Below, one piece after another: positions 7,134 through 15,964 of a DNA stretch of 64,000 bases (position 1 is its first letter; each line of letters begins with the position of its first letter). Location of the stretch: IMG/VR virus record IMGVR_UViG_3300025892_000009. One strand, written 5' to 3'. The notes under the pieces were generated by a model that saw only the letters and a program-made list of their open reading frames with translations, was not told the origin of the DNA and ran no database searches. The translations under genes and the position numbers were made by a program. The DNA is from a virus.

Positions 7134-8183
7134 TCACCCTGCTTGAAACAGGATCCGCTTCCATGCATCCTCATCAGGGTGAGCGAACTTAGGATTGACC
7201 CGTGCAGCATCAGCGAGCGTCTTGGGTCCTAGAGTTTGTGATCCCTTGCCTGACACGCCGATCTCCTCGTTATACTTGTCAATAATACGATGGAGAATCC
7301 ATTGAGGTGATTGGAAACCACTAAATCCTTTGATTAGTTTATCTTGATTCCAGACAAATGGGATCCGAGCGATACACCACTGCTGAAACTTCTCCTGCCT
7401 GCCATTAGTCAACCCATCGTTAATAAACAGGTTGAGGAGACAAATAGCACGGAATGCAGTGCCATGGATATTTGATGCTGCCACAATCTTCGTGAATGAA
7501 TTCTCTTCATTACGTCCATAGATTCGACGCCACAGTTTATATCCTTCAAGAATACCTAGGGTGCCAGTAGCATCCTTAGGATAATCATCCCTGATAGTAT
7601 AATGAAAGTGTGCGAATGATTTGACAGGGGTTGCATCATCACAATCAGATCCAAACGTATCAGGATATGCAACAACGTTGAGAGTTTTCATTGTATTCTC
7701 AACGTGACATGCATCAGGATCATTGAAGCAAACTCCAGACCTGAGAATGTCAATAGTTGACAGTTTGTTTCTCCATGTGTTTAGACGATTGAAGACAAGT
7801 GCTTCTTTCTTTAACACATCTTCGTATGTTGCATCTTCATCATGATCCAAGATTGCAAGAGTCAATCCTTCATTCTCTTGACTGAGGATAAACTTTGCTA
7901 CCTTATTTTGTCCATCGATTACGCGTTCACCACTAAGCGCCTCACCCAAAGATATGGGACGGCGCGAGACAACAACAGGCACCAGTAGATTGTAATCTAA
8001 GATGCCATAGTTTTGTAGTTTTAGTGGGGAAATCAGTCTTTGATATTCGTAATCGACAATGAGTTTTAGTGCTCTTGCAAGATCGCATTTTTCAATCTCA
8101 AGTGGTTTATTTACCGAACCTGGATTCTGGGTGATATTCAATCCCAGTACAATCTCTTTCATTGTCTTTGATTTTTTAGACAT
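7134..8183 (-). CDS. ParB/Sulfiredoxin-like (DUF6551-like) N-terminal domain protein
   Basis: YQR...PVVVSRR...VIDGQNK...F-x-x-LN motif order typical of ParB/Srx DGQ-type domains. Confidence 0.65.
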   Translation of the reverse strand: MSKKSKTMKEIVLGLNITQNPGSVNKPLEIEKCDLARALKLIVDYEYQRLISPLKLQNYGILDYNLLVPVVVSRRPISLGEALSGERVIDGQNKVAKFILSQENEGLTLAILDHDEDATYEDVLKKEALVFNRLNTWRNKLSTIDILRSGVCFNDPDACHVENTMKTLNVVAYPDTFGSDCDDATPVKSFAHFHYTIRDDYPKDATGTLGILEGYKLWRRIYGRNEENSFTKIVAASNIHGTAFRAICLLNLFINDGLTNGRQEKFQQWCIARIPFVWNQDKLIKGFSGFQSPQWILHRIIDKYNEEIGVSGKGSQTLGPKTLADAARVNPKFAHPDEDAWKRILFQAG

Positions 8184-8266
8184 GATAACCTCTTTTGGTT
8201 GTGTGTAAAAGTTTTACATTTTGTGTAAAAGTTACATCGGACAAGTTGTCCATTGATGTAACACAC

Positions 8267-8295
8267 AGTATATATCAGAGTTTATCGCTTGTCAA
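8267..8295 (-). promoter_or_regulatory. Sigma70-like promoter of the ParB-like gene
   Basis: TTGACA (8290-8295)-N17-TATACT (8267-8272). Confidence 0.8.
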
Positions 8296-8611
8296 GGTCT
8301 GGTAGCATATCGTTACCTGGATGATCTTCAGTCTTACCTTTATATCTTTGCACATCACGTAGATGACTATCATCTACCTCTAAATTTTCCCAGTATTGTC
8401 TATAAACAATCAGGTTACATTCTTCATATGGACGACGTGATCCTGGAGGATTAGGTTTTTGCTTATAACAAATGCACAGATACTGATCACATACAAAACT
8501 GATGTATCCTTCAGTTGTCTTGAAACGGCACTTTCTGCCTAGTGTTAGCGTGTCCAAGATCTTACTAACCTCAACAGGGATGCTCTCAGATATTAGCAGG
8601 GGAATGGTCAT
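8282..8611 (-). CDS. Hypothetical protein
   Basis: 109-aa ORF, ATGA-coupled to the upstream oxygenase. Confidence 0.7.
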   Translation of the reverse strand: MTIPLLISESIPVEVSKILDTLTLGRKCRFKTTEGYISFVCDQYLCICYKQKPNPPGSRRPYEECNLIVYRQYWENLEVDDSHLRDVQRYKGKTEDHPGNDMLPDLDKR

Positions 8612-9234
8612 AGTGTCAACCTAGATTCTTGAGATCCAACTTCACCTTTAACAAAATAGTTAAAGGCAACACTGTATCTATTGATATTTGATCTAGATGC
8701 TGTTACATAATGTGGTAAATGCGATGGGAATATGAGAATCATTCCCTTCTCTGGCATGACTGGAAACTCTCTCATATTGTAGAGGTTGGGATCAACAATA
8801 TCTAAATTGACAGTGTTAGTTGCATATGTGGGAATCATTGATGGCATGGAGAATATAATCTCTCCACTATTATCTGGCACAGACAAATAAACTACTCCAC
8901 TAAACATACTATTCACATGCACATGTGTAGCAGCACGATCGCCATGTTGATGTAAATTTACCCATGATGATTGATGCTCAAGATATACTGATTCTCTGCT
9001 TGCACCTAATATACCAAACACATATTCATTTAGATTTGCCTCAACATTTCTCTTCAATTCTGGTACAGTTTCTAACCATGTGGTATTGGTTGAAATACTA
9101 CCATTGTTGCCATATGTTAGGTCACCACTACATGGATTGACAAACTTAGTGTTTTCAGCACTAATAACATCACCATTTGTAACATCACAACTACCAAGAT
9201 ATACTGGTGTTGAAAATAAAGGCAGAATTTCCAT
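8608..9234 (-). CDS. Putative 2OG-Fe(II) oxygenase (TIGR02466-like)
   Basis: PLFSTP N-terminus, SWVN, H-x-H...SG V-Y, IFPSHLPH, R-x-S-VAFN. Confidence 0.85.
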   Translation of the reverse strand: MEILPLFSTPVYLGSCDVTNGDVISAENTKFVNPCSGDLTYGNNGSISTNTTWLETVPELKRNVEANLNEYVFGILGASRESVYLEHQSSWVNLHQHGDRAATHVHVNSMFSGVVYLSVPDNSGEIIFSMPSMIPTYATNTVNLDIVDPNLYNMREFPVMPEKGMILIFPSHLPHYVTASRSNINRYSVAFNYFVKGEVGSQESRLTL

Positions 9235-9235
9235 A

Positions 9236-9397
9236 TTAATACTTCAGATGCAATTTGTCAGCAATCTCATTAATGATACTCTTATCACTATTTGGTAAGG
9301 TACCTATGCGATCAAAACATTCTTTCTGATATGAAAAGAATGCCTTTTTAAGAAGGTCTTTCTCTTCCTGTGTGAGGATTGCACTGTGCAAAAACAT
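9236..9397 (-). CDS. Small hypothetical protein (MFLHSAILTQEEK...)
   Basis: ORF track 9236..9496; likely ATG at 9397 below a TATAAT at 9429-9434. Confidence 0.55.
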   Translation of the reverse strand: MFLHSAILTQEEKDLLKKAFFSYQKECFDRIGTLPNSDKSIINEIADKLHLKY

Positions 9398-9434
9398 TGT
9401 CCCCGATCCTATGAAGGTAGTCTTACTAATTATA

Positions 9435-10133
9435 CTACATATTTTCCCAAATTGTTTTAACTGTTTTAGGATCAAAACCAGCGATACCCCTATCAAATAC
9501 AGGTGGCATATTGTTTATATCATGATTAATGAATAACTCTCCTCTATTATCCTCATTCATATATTTGAATGACATAATATATCGATTGTGCTTAAACTTT
9601 GGTGTTGGTGGTCTACCAGTGTGAGGAATACGACCATCAAATATACATACACGCCCAGGTCTTGGTTGGACGATATGTTTTGCATCCAAATCATCATCAA
9701 AGAATACAGTTTCTCCACCCCATTCTGGATCCCACTGTGGATTTAAGTATACGATGACAGTATCATTATCAGGGACAAAGTATGGTGCATCACAATGAAT
9801 ACCAGGAGAGTTTCCCTCTCGCAATACATTAATATATGCAGAATATAATTTATCTCTACTTGGATAGTCTGGAATAGTTGCTTCTAAGAAGTTAAGAATA
9901 TCCATATACATCGGGTTATTACTACCCTCTAGTCCTGCATTTTGATAATAATCAGGATCATCAATAGGACAGTGATTATATAACTGATGTGTCCAATATA
10001 ATCCTGCAGAATCTACCTCCATATCAGTATTCTGTGGTGGCACATCAGTCCTAGTAAATTTGTAAGGCAAATGCACAATTTGCTCATACAATTCCCAAGA
10101 AATAAGTTTTGTGTCATGAACTCTAATTGACAT
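9435..10133 (-). CDS. 2OG-Fe(II) oxygenase (prolyl-4-hydroxylase-like)
   Basis: HCD, YLNPQWDPEWGGET, GRVCIFDGRIPHTG, distal R. Confidence 0.9.
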   Translation of the reverse strand: MSIRVHDTKLISWELYEQIVHLPYKFTRTDVPPQNTDMEVDSAGLYWTHQLYNHCPIDDPDYYQNAGLEGSNNPMYMDILNFLEATIPDYPSRDKLYSAYINVLREGNSPGIHCDAPYFVPDNDTVIVYLNPQWDPEWGGETVFFDDDLDAKHIVQPRPGRVCIFDGRIPHTGRPPTPKFKHNRYIMSFKYMNEDNRGELFINHDINNMPPVFDRGIAGFDPKTVKTIWENM

Positions 10134-10749
10134 AATTACCCATAATATTGAGGGACATAACGTATCTATCTTTATTGCTATTGTTGGTTTCTGTCTTATG
10201 TGTCAACCATCCTGGAAAGAATAATACATCTCCAGATTCTACTTCAATATATTCCCAATCCATCTTCTCGTCATAATAATTATATGCCAATGGTTCTCCT
10301 AACTTATAAGTTGCGAATGGATTCTTCACCATAAATCTACCACTATCTTTTGGCACATGCAAATAGGCAGCAACAGCAACTGTGACATTTTGATGATGAT
10401 GCTCCTCTGTCCATGCACCTGGAGGATGTACATTTATCCACGATTCTGATAACTGTTTATTCATTGCTGCAAGTTTCCACTTCTCCCACACATGATCGAC
10501 CTTATTATACAACCAAGGTCTAAAGTCTTCAAACTCATCCCATATATGAGGTGGATTAATTCTATTAACCACTACACTTGTAATGCCACCACCTTTCTCG
10601 TGAGTATCAAAATTATTTAACTCAATCTGCTCACGGGATGCTGCAAGAAGTCCATCAACTTTAGGTCTAAATTTATTAAACTTAAAATCATATTTTGATC
10701 TTAGAATATATGGAAATGGATTATGGGATTTCATAGTAATTTCTATCAA
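10123..10749 (-). CDS. Putative 2OG-Fe(II) oxygenase (TIGR02466-like)
   Basis: SWINVH, HHH, FFPGWLTH, RYVMSLN; start may be ATG 10734. Confidence 0.85.
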   Translation of the reverse strand: MIEITMKSHNPFPYILRSKYDFKFNKFRPKVDGLLAASREQIELNNFDTHEKGGGITSVVVNRINPPHIWDEFEDFRPWLYNKVDHVWEKWKLAAMNKQLSESWINVHPPGAWTEEHHHQNVTVAVAAYLHVPKDSGRFMVKNPFATYKLGEPLAYNYYDEKMDWEYIEVESGDVLFFPGWLTHKTETNNSNKDRYVMSLNIMGNYVN

Positions 10750-11410
10750 CTTTGCGTAAGTGTGGCATCAGGTGTTGCATTGGTATGCTTACTGATAGTC
10801 TTTTTTCGGTTGGTTGTGCATAGTGATAACATCTTGCAGGAATATACAATACATCACCTGGAGTTAATATCGTGTCAATCGCAACATCCATATCATCTTC
10901 AATGATATCATAATCAATTTGTCCAACAATATTTGATGCACGATTATTATACACTTTCCAATGCGTTTCACCTTCTACTTGTAGAATAAAATTGTTTGCA
11001 TAATCTTCATGAATCTTAAATGATTTACTATCAGATAGTCCACAGTAAATATGAAGTGATGCTCTGATCTCAGGGAAAAACTTTTCAATCTCTGCACAAA
11101 TTGCAGTTTTATCAGCATTAACTTGACCAAAGTTATTAATGATTAGTGTGTGCCCATCAGCAAATATATCCATTAACTGTTTAGCATCAGCACATGGATA
11201 AGACCAAGATCTTTCAAATTTAGGATAGTCAATGTATACACCACTGACTTTATCAACTAAGTGCATATCGAAGAAATGAGGATTATTAAGACAATGCTCT
11301 ACCTCTTTCCATGTAGCAAATTGATAAGGATCTTCAATAGCATTTTTCCATAGTTGTGGACTATCATCAATGTCCCAATTCTTTTTAAGGTTACTTAGAA
11401 AAAATGTCAT
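10721..11410 (-). CDS. JmjC/cupin-4 domain oxygenase
   Basis: HED...FILQVEGETHW...LTPGDVLYIPARCYH motif. Confidence 0.85.
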   Translation of the reverse strand: MTFFLSNLKKNWDIDDSPQLWKNAIEDPYQFATWKEVEHCLNNPHFFDMHLVDKVSGVYIDYPKFERSWSYPCADAKQLMDIFADGHTLIINNFGQVNADKTAICAEIEKFFPEIRASLHIYCGLSDSKSFKIHEDYANNFILQVEGETHWKVYNNRASNIVGQIDYDIIEDDMDVAIDTILTPGDVLYIPARCYHYAQPTEKRLSVSIPMQHLMPHLRKVDRNYYEIP

Positions 11411-12035
11411 GATCTGAATAAAAGTTTAAGTTTAAAATAACTCTGAATGGATTTGTAGATGGGTTAGATGATGAATGAAACTGATGCCCATCAAATGCAA
11501 ACAATCGATTTGCTTTTGGTGTTACTCTTTTACATTCAGTATAAGTCTGAGTACGTGCTTTTAACCACCTTTCATCAACTGTCCCATAGTTAGGGTCATC
11601 ATATTCATTAAAGAATACAGTATCACCGCTAGAATCATGCAAATAATATAGTGCTGCATAGTGATCTTTCTCACTATCAGTATGGACACCATTATGATGC
11701 CCATTGCCATTGTTTAATTGCAATGCAAGTCTAACCCTAAAAAACTCAATAGGATAACCAATACTATCTTGGATGTTATCTAAAAGTGGTTGAAACGTTG
11801 GCAGAAAAGGACTTTCAATCCCACCTTGATCTAACAATAGATGAGTAAATCCCACTGTCTTTTCATTATCAGGTACTGACAATAGTCGCTCATCACCGAA
11901 TGCAAATCCTCCATCACTATATGAAACATCTTCAGATAGAAAAAACCAAGGGAATCCATTCATTCCATGGGTCAAAGATTGCAACCGTTTTAGATATGTC
12001 TCACCAATAAGATTATCGTGTTGGATATATTTCAT
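11391..12035 (-). CDS. 2OG-Fe(II) oxygenase
   Basis: FPWF, HTD, LYYLHDSSGDTVFF, NRLFAFDG..FHSS, R-VILN. Confidence 0.85.
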   Translation of the reverse strand: MKYIQHDNLIGETYLKRLQSLTHGMNGFPWFFLSEDVSYSDGGFAFGDERLLSVPDNEKTVGFTHLLLDQGGIESPFLPTFQPLLDNIQDSIGYPIEFFRVRLALQLNNGNGHHNGVHTDSEKDHYAALYYLHDSSGDTVFFNEYDDPNYGTVDERWLKARTQTYTECKRVTPKANRLFAFDGHQFHSSSNPSTNPFRVILNLNFYSDHDIFSK

Positions 12036-12648
12036 GATAATAATTTGAGAATGGAATTATATTAAATGATATGGATATTCTATCATCATCACTACTACTT
12101 TTACCTACAGCATGTGGTAACCAAGATGGAAATAATACTAACTTATCATTTTCTGGTTGAATATCAATCTCTGTAGCATTGATACCATCCCATCTTTCAA
12201 AGTTATTGGAGTTGCCCCAACTTTCTTTTAAATGTTGTTCTTTAAAGTCTTTTACAAAAGTAAAGGGACCAGAGCAACATGGAGGCACTTTTAAGTAATA
12301 GACACCAGAAAATATACACCCTGGATGTGTGTGTAATAGGTTAGAATTGCCTCGATTGTTGATGTTAATCCATAGATTGGAGATATGTAGAGTATAATCT
12401 CGGAATCCCCATTCATCTGCCGAAGCATATGCTATCTCTAGAATCTTTAGTCTTAATTCACTGAGTGGATTATCTTTCATGACAGCATCAAGAAAGTCAT
12501 GAGATTGCCATCCACCATCATTACTCGCTTTCCTACCATTAGGATCTTCATCCTTAACATGATAGGCAAAATCAGTAAGTTTTTCACGATCAATCCCACA
12601 CTCATCTTCAGTCCAGACAGGTGTAGGAAATAACAACTCAGTTTTCAT
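12013..12648 (-). CDS. Putative 2OG-Fe(II) oxygenase (TIGR02466-like)
   Basis: LFPTP, GGWQS, WININ, HTHPGCIFSGVYY, FPSWLPH, RISISFN. Confidence 0.88.
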   Translation of the reverse strand: MKTELLFPTPVWTEDECGIDREKLTDFAYHVKDEDPNGRKASNDGGWQSHDFLDAVMKDNPLSELRLKILEIAYASADEWGFRDYTLHISNLWININNRGNSNLLHTHPGCIFSGVYYLKVPPCCSGPFTFVKDFKEQHLKESWGNSNNFERWDGINATEIDIQPENDKLVLFPSWLPHAVGKSSSDDDRISISFNIIPFSNYYHEIYPTR

Positions 12649-13001
12649 TCTTCACTTTCAATAAAAGTAAAATCCTTATCAGTCACATCAGGATTGACAT
12701 GTTTTTTATACAATGCCAATGCTTCGATTGCACCTGTGAGTTTATTGAGATGATCTTTTTTTGTCTGCAATTCTTCCAACGAAATCTTAGTGATCGTAGA
12801 AGTATAGTGCATATTATCCAATGCTGTCTGGAGTTTTTTATAATCTTCCTTAGCATCTTCATGCTGCTGAAGAAAGTTTAGCACCAGTTGATCAAATGAA
12901 ATTAATTCTGCAACTTCATTTTGTTTTGCTTCTTCAAGTTGATCCTCGTGGGATTTGATACCTGCAACTTCAGCAAGACTCACTTCTTTAATTTCTGACA
13001 T
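12645..13001 (-). CDS. Hypothetical acidic coiled-coil protein
   Basis: 118-aa ORF with heptad-like E/K/L pattern, coupled to both neighbours. Confidence 0.7.
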   Translation of the reverse strand: MSEIKEVSLAEVAGIKSHEDQLEEAKQNEVAELISFDQLVLNFLQQHEDAKEDYKKLQTALDNMHYTSTITKISLEELQTKKDHLNKLTGAIEALALYKKHVNPDVTDKDFTFIESEE

Positions 13002-13883
13002 TTACATAAACCTCTTGATGTTTTTATTTAGCGCAAGAATAACTTTGTGTGCTTTGATCCTATCTTTAAGATTATCCAACTCCATAAAACTTTTATGTCG
13101 TTGATACTCCATTATATCATTGTTTTCAATATCCCACTCATTTTGAGTTTCACATATCATTTCAACATTTCTTTGATTTAACAACTTCCTACTTATAGGC
13201 ACCCACTGGCAAAGTGGAGTACCTGCCTTAATGCAATATGTGCCCTCTTCAATCTTATGCCAAAACAATTGAAGGTTAACTTCAAATGAATATGACGGAT
13301 CAACAATACCTGTAGGTGGAGTGAATCTATCTTCATCCCAATATGGAATAGGCATCTGAATAAACACTAAATCTGGATGTGATTGCACACGCCAAGGTGT
13401 CTCCATTTTGATTGTATAATCAAGCACTTCTTTGTTTTGATCAACTAAATGCCTCATACCCTCAGTTTGATCTGGGATATGTGCCTTCACATAACTATTA
13501 TTCCTTCCAAATACTTGCTGAGAAACCCAATCAAAATTAATACCCGACCCATCTAAATTGATAATGATGTCTGCTGGACATACCATAACATAACCACTAT
13601 CCATAACTGATGTTATAGCAGGGCAAGTTACAGCATGATTGAAATATCCTGGTTGATCTAAAATACTGTTGTTAATTTCTGCTACTGATCTTTCCCATGC
13701 AGATTTAACTCGCATTACAGGACAACGAGTTTCACTCTTATAATTCTCTTTAATTGCATTAGTCCTCCATGGTCTATGCAATTTTCTAGCAGGAATCCAT
13801 GGGTGCAAATCAGAAACACCAGGCATGACTGAATAAAACCTAACCCATGGTTTTTTCTTTTTAAATAAATTCATCAGTCCCAT
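13002..13883 (-). CDS. Hypothetical protein, possible dUTPase-like (DUF6065-like) fold
   Basis: CPA...GY, PW, GIVD, IKAGTPLCQ motifs recall this family; inference only. Confidence 0.5.
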   Translation of the reverse strand: MGLMNLFKKKKPWVRFYSVMPGVSDLHPWIPARKLHRPWRTNAIKENYKSETRCPVMRVKSAWERSVAEINNSILDQPGYFNHAVTCPAITSVMDSGYVMVCPADIIINLDGSGINFDWVSQQVFGRNNSYVKAHIPDQTEGMRHLVDQNKEVLDYTIKMETPWRVQSHPDLVFIQMPIPYWDEDRFTPPTGIVDPSYSFEVNLQLFWHKIEEGTYCIKAGTPLCQWVPISRKLLNQRNVEMICETQNEWDIENNDIMEYQRHKSFMELDNLKDRIKAHKVILALNKNIKRFM

Positions 13884-15462
13884 ATATTTTCTCCAATAAG
13901 TATTGATAGTGAGTGGGTTGTTTCTTTACCCAGTCTACCATAATTTGTTGATCTTGCTTATATCTTGCATGAATATCTTTGAGATCCTCTAACTTTCCAG
14001 TCGTATCATAGTCAACTCTTTCATGCCATAGATGCTCATTGATAGGTCGGTATCCTAAACCTGCTGCAATATAAATGGATCCTTCAAGTCTCTCTTGATT
14101 GTAAAAACTATTCTCACAACTATTCAATAGACTTTGAATATCAGCACATGCATTTATCGTGGACAATGGTGCATCAATAGGAATACTATAATCGATAGTA
14201 TTGACACAATCCTTCCAGTAATTATTATCCTCACGTTGACTAAGACTATAATGAATACTGATAAAGTTTTTCATCCCCTCAATCATATTATCAGTACTGA
14301 AATTATAAGAGTCTATATCAAACTTAGATACAAATCCTTGCCGTCTAGAGATAGTATCACACAGCATGATTAGATTCTCATGTGTAGTCATTAGACCTGT
14401 AGATTCTAGAGGTTCTAAGAATCCAAATGCTAATCCAACACCTACAACATTATTAACCCATGCATGTTTATGCTTACCATGCTTAATCCTGATCTGGCGC
14501 ATCTGGGCATTTTGGGCAATTTGGGCAGAATATCTTTCAGATAAGTAACGTCTAAACTCATCTTCAGCATCAACATCTGAAATATATTTACTACTATAAA
14601 CATATCCTGTCCCTACACGATGCCATAATGGGATATTCCAAACCCATCCAGCATTCATTGCAACGCAATCAGTATATGTTTCCATCTCTTCCTTACGATC
14701 AACGTAAGGAATCTGTGTTGCTAATGCTCTATCATTGAAAAGTTTATCATTGAATGATATAAATTCTGACCCCATGTGTTGCTCAAGCAACAGTGATTTA
14801 AATCCTGTGCAATCAACAAATAAATCTGCTGAGACTATACCACCATCATCAGTAATAATGGATTCAATATCCCCACTAGGTTTCTTAACTACATTTTCAA
14901 CATTTCCCTTCAAATGCACAACACCATTAGGAATTGCTATTCTATCTCTAAGATACTTACCGAATAGATCAGCATCTAAATGATATGCAGTGTCTTCAGA
15001 TGGATTGTATGATGATCCAGGAATTTCATCAGTAATTCTACATTCATCTGCCAACAGTGTGTTTAGGTTAACATACTTTGCAAATTCTTCTGGAGGATAT
15101 TCCTCCATCCCATACTCACATTGCAATTCAAAGAAATCCATGACGGAGTTTTTATAATCCACCAGATCATAATTCCCAAATGGATATTGAAATCTTTCTC
15201 CCTTACCTTCTCTAAAATTCTTAAAGGCAATAGATGTCTTATATGTTGCCATACATTCTGGCATCCAATCCTCATCTTTTAATTTTAATCTTCGCAAGAA
15301 ACGATTAAAATGTCCGAGAGTAGATTCACCAACTCCAATTGGTTTTTGGATTTCAGATTCAATTAAAGCAATTTCAATGTCAGGGAAAGTATTAGATAGC
15401 AATGCTGCTGCCATCCATCCGCTACTACCACCACCAACAATAACAATAGACTCGACACGCAT
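13861..15462 (-). CDS. prnA: Tryptophan halogenase family flavoprotein
   Basis: GGGSSGW FAD-binding motif, IGVGEST, FVDCTGF, GWVWNIP (WxWxIP), FLEPLESTG. Confidence 0.93.
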   Translation of the reverse strand: MRVESIVIVGGGSSGWMAAALLSNTFPDIEIALIESEIQKPIGVGESTLGHFNRFLRRLKLKDEDWMPECMATYKTSIAFKNFREGKGERFQYPFGNYDLVDYKNSVMDFFELQCEYGMEEYPPEEFAKYVNLNTLLADECRITDEIPGSSYNPSEDTAYHLDADLFGKYLRDRIAIPNGVVHLKGNVENVVKKPSGDIESIITDDGGIVSADLFVDCTGFKSLLLEQHMGSEFISFNDKLFNDRALATQIPYVDRKEEMETYTDCVAMNAGWVWNIPLWHRVGTGYVYSSKYISDVDAEDEFRRYLSERYSAQIAQNAQMRQIRIKHGKHKHAWVNNVVGVGLAFGFLEPLESTGLMTTHENLIMLCDTISRRQGFVSKFDIDSYNFSTDNMIEGMKNFISIHYSLSQREDNNYWKDCVNTIDYSIPIDAPLSTINACADIQSLLNSCENSFYNQERLEGSIYIAAGLGYRPINEHLWHERVDYDTTGKLEDLKDIHARYKQDQQIMVDWVKKQPTHYQYLLEKIYGTDEFI

Positions 15463-15487
15463 AAAAAAAGAGCAGGTATTCTGCTCT
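15463..15487 (-). terminator. Intrinsic terminator-like hairpin whose U-tract abuts the prnA ATG
   Basis: AGAGCAG-aatac-CTGCTCT-TTTTTT-ATG. Confidence 0.7.
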
Positions 15488-15506
15488 ATGTAGTTGTTTT
15501 GTTAGT

Positions 15507-15935
15507 CTATACTGGTGGTATCCAGTTGTCAACCCAAGGATCCCATGCTTTACGTCCTTCTAGTTGCACTTTCTTAGGATCTTCTACAAACTCAGCAATA
15601 CTGCCAGGTGAAGTTGTAGTTGCTTTTACATTAGCAACATGATCTTTCCATTCGGTTGTGCCATTAACAGCATCTCTATACTGCATATCCATTTGCTCAC
15701 CAACATCACCATATGCAATCATACGACTAATCACAGCATTTTGTCGTAAGTCTTCAGTGTCCTCACGATGTACGACAACACCGTTAACCATAAAATGCTC
15801 ATATGTACAATCATCAGGGACTGATACCCATTTCATCTCAGAATCAGCACCTTCATAAATATCAAATTTATCTGCCTCGTCGCAGATATCAGTGAGTTGA
15901 CCTGTGCCTGCGTTACAAATTGCTACTTTTGCCAT
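15507..15935 (-). CDS. Hypothetical protein, possible tail-fibre assembly chaperone
   Basis: GDVGEQMDMQYRD...W motif, placed directly behind fibre-like genes; late promoter AATAAATA at 15959-15966. Confidence 0.55.
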   Translation of the reverse strand: MAKVAICNAGTGQLTDICDEADKFDIYEGADSEMKWVSVPDDCTYEHFMVNGVVVHREDTEDLRQNAVISRMIAYGDVGEQMDMQYRDAVNGTTEWKDHVANVKATTTSPGSIAEFVEDPKKVQLEGRKAWDPWVDNWIPPV

Positions 15936-15964
15936 GATAGATTAATCTCCTTCGTTGTTATTTA

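Noticed and set aside
7134-8183. DNA phosphorothioation (dnd/ssp) system
   Set aside because: Only a DGQ-type domain is present; no cysteine desulfurase, PAPS-reductase-like or DndD ATPase gene is in the window.
8204-8218. NtcA binding site
   Set aside because: The spacing is GTA-N7-TAC, not the canonical GTA-N8-TAC; the similar palindrome at 55956-55972 also fails.
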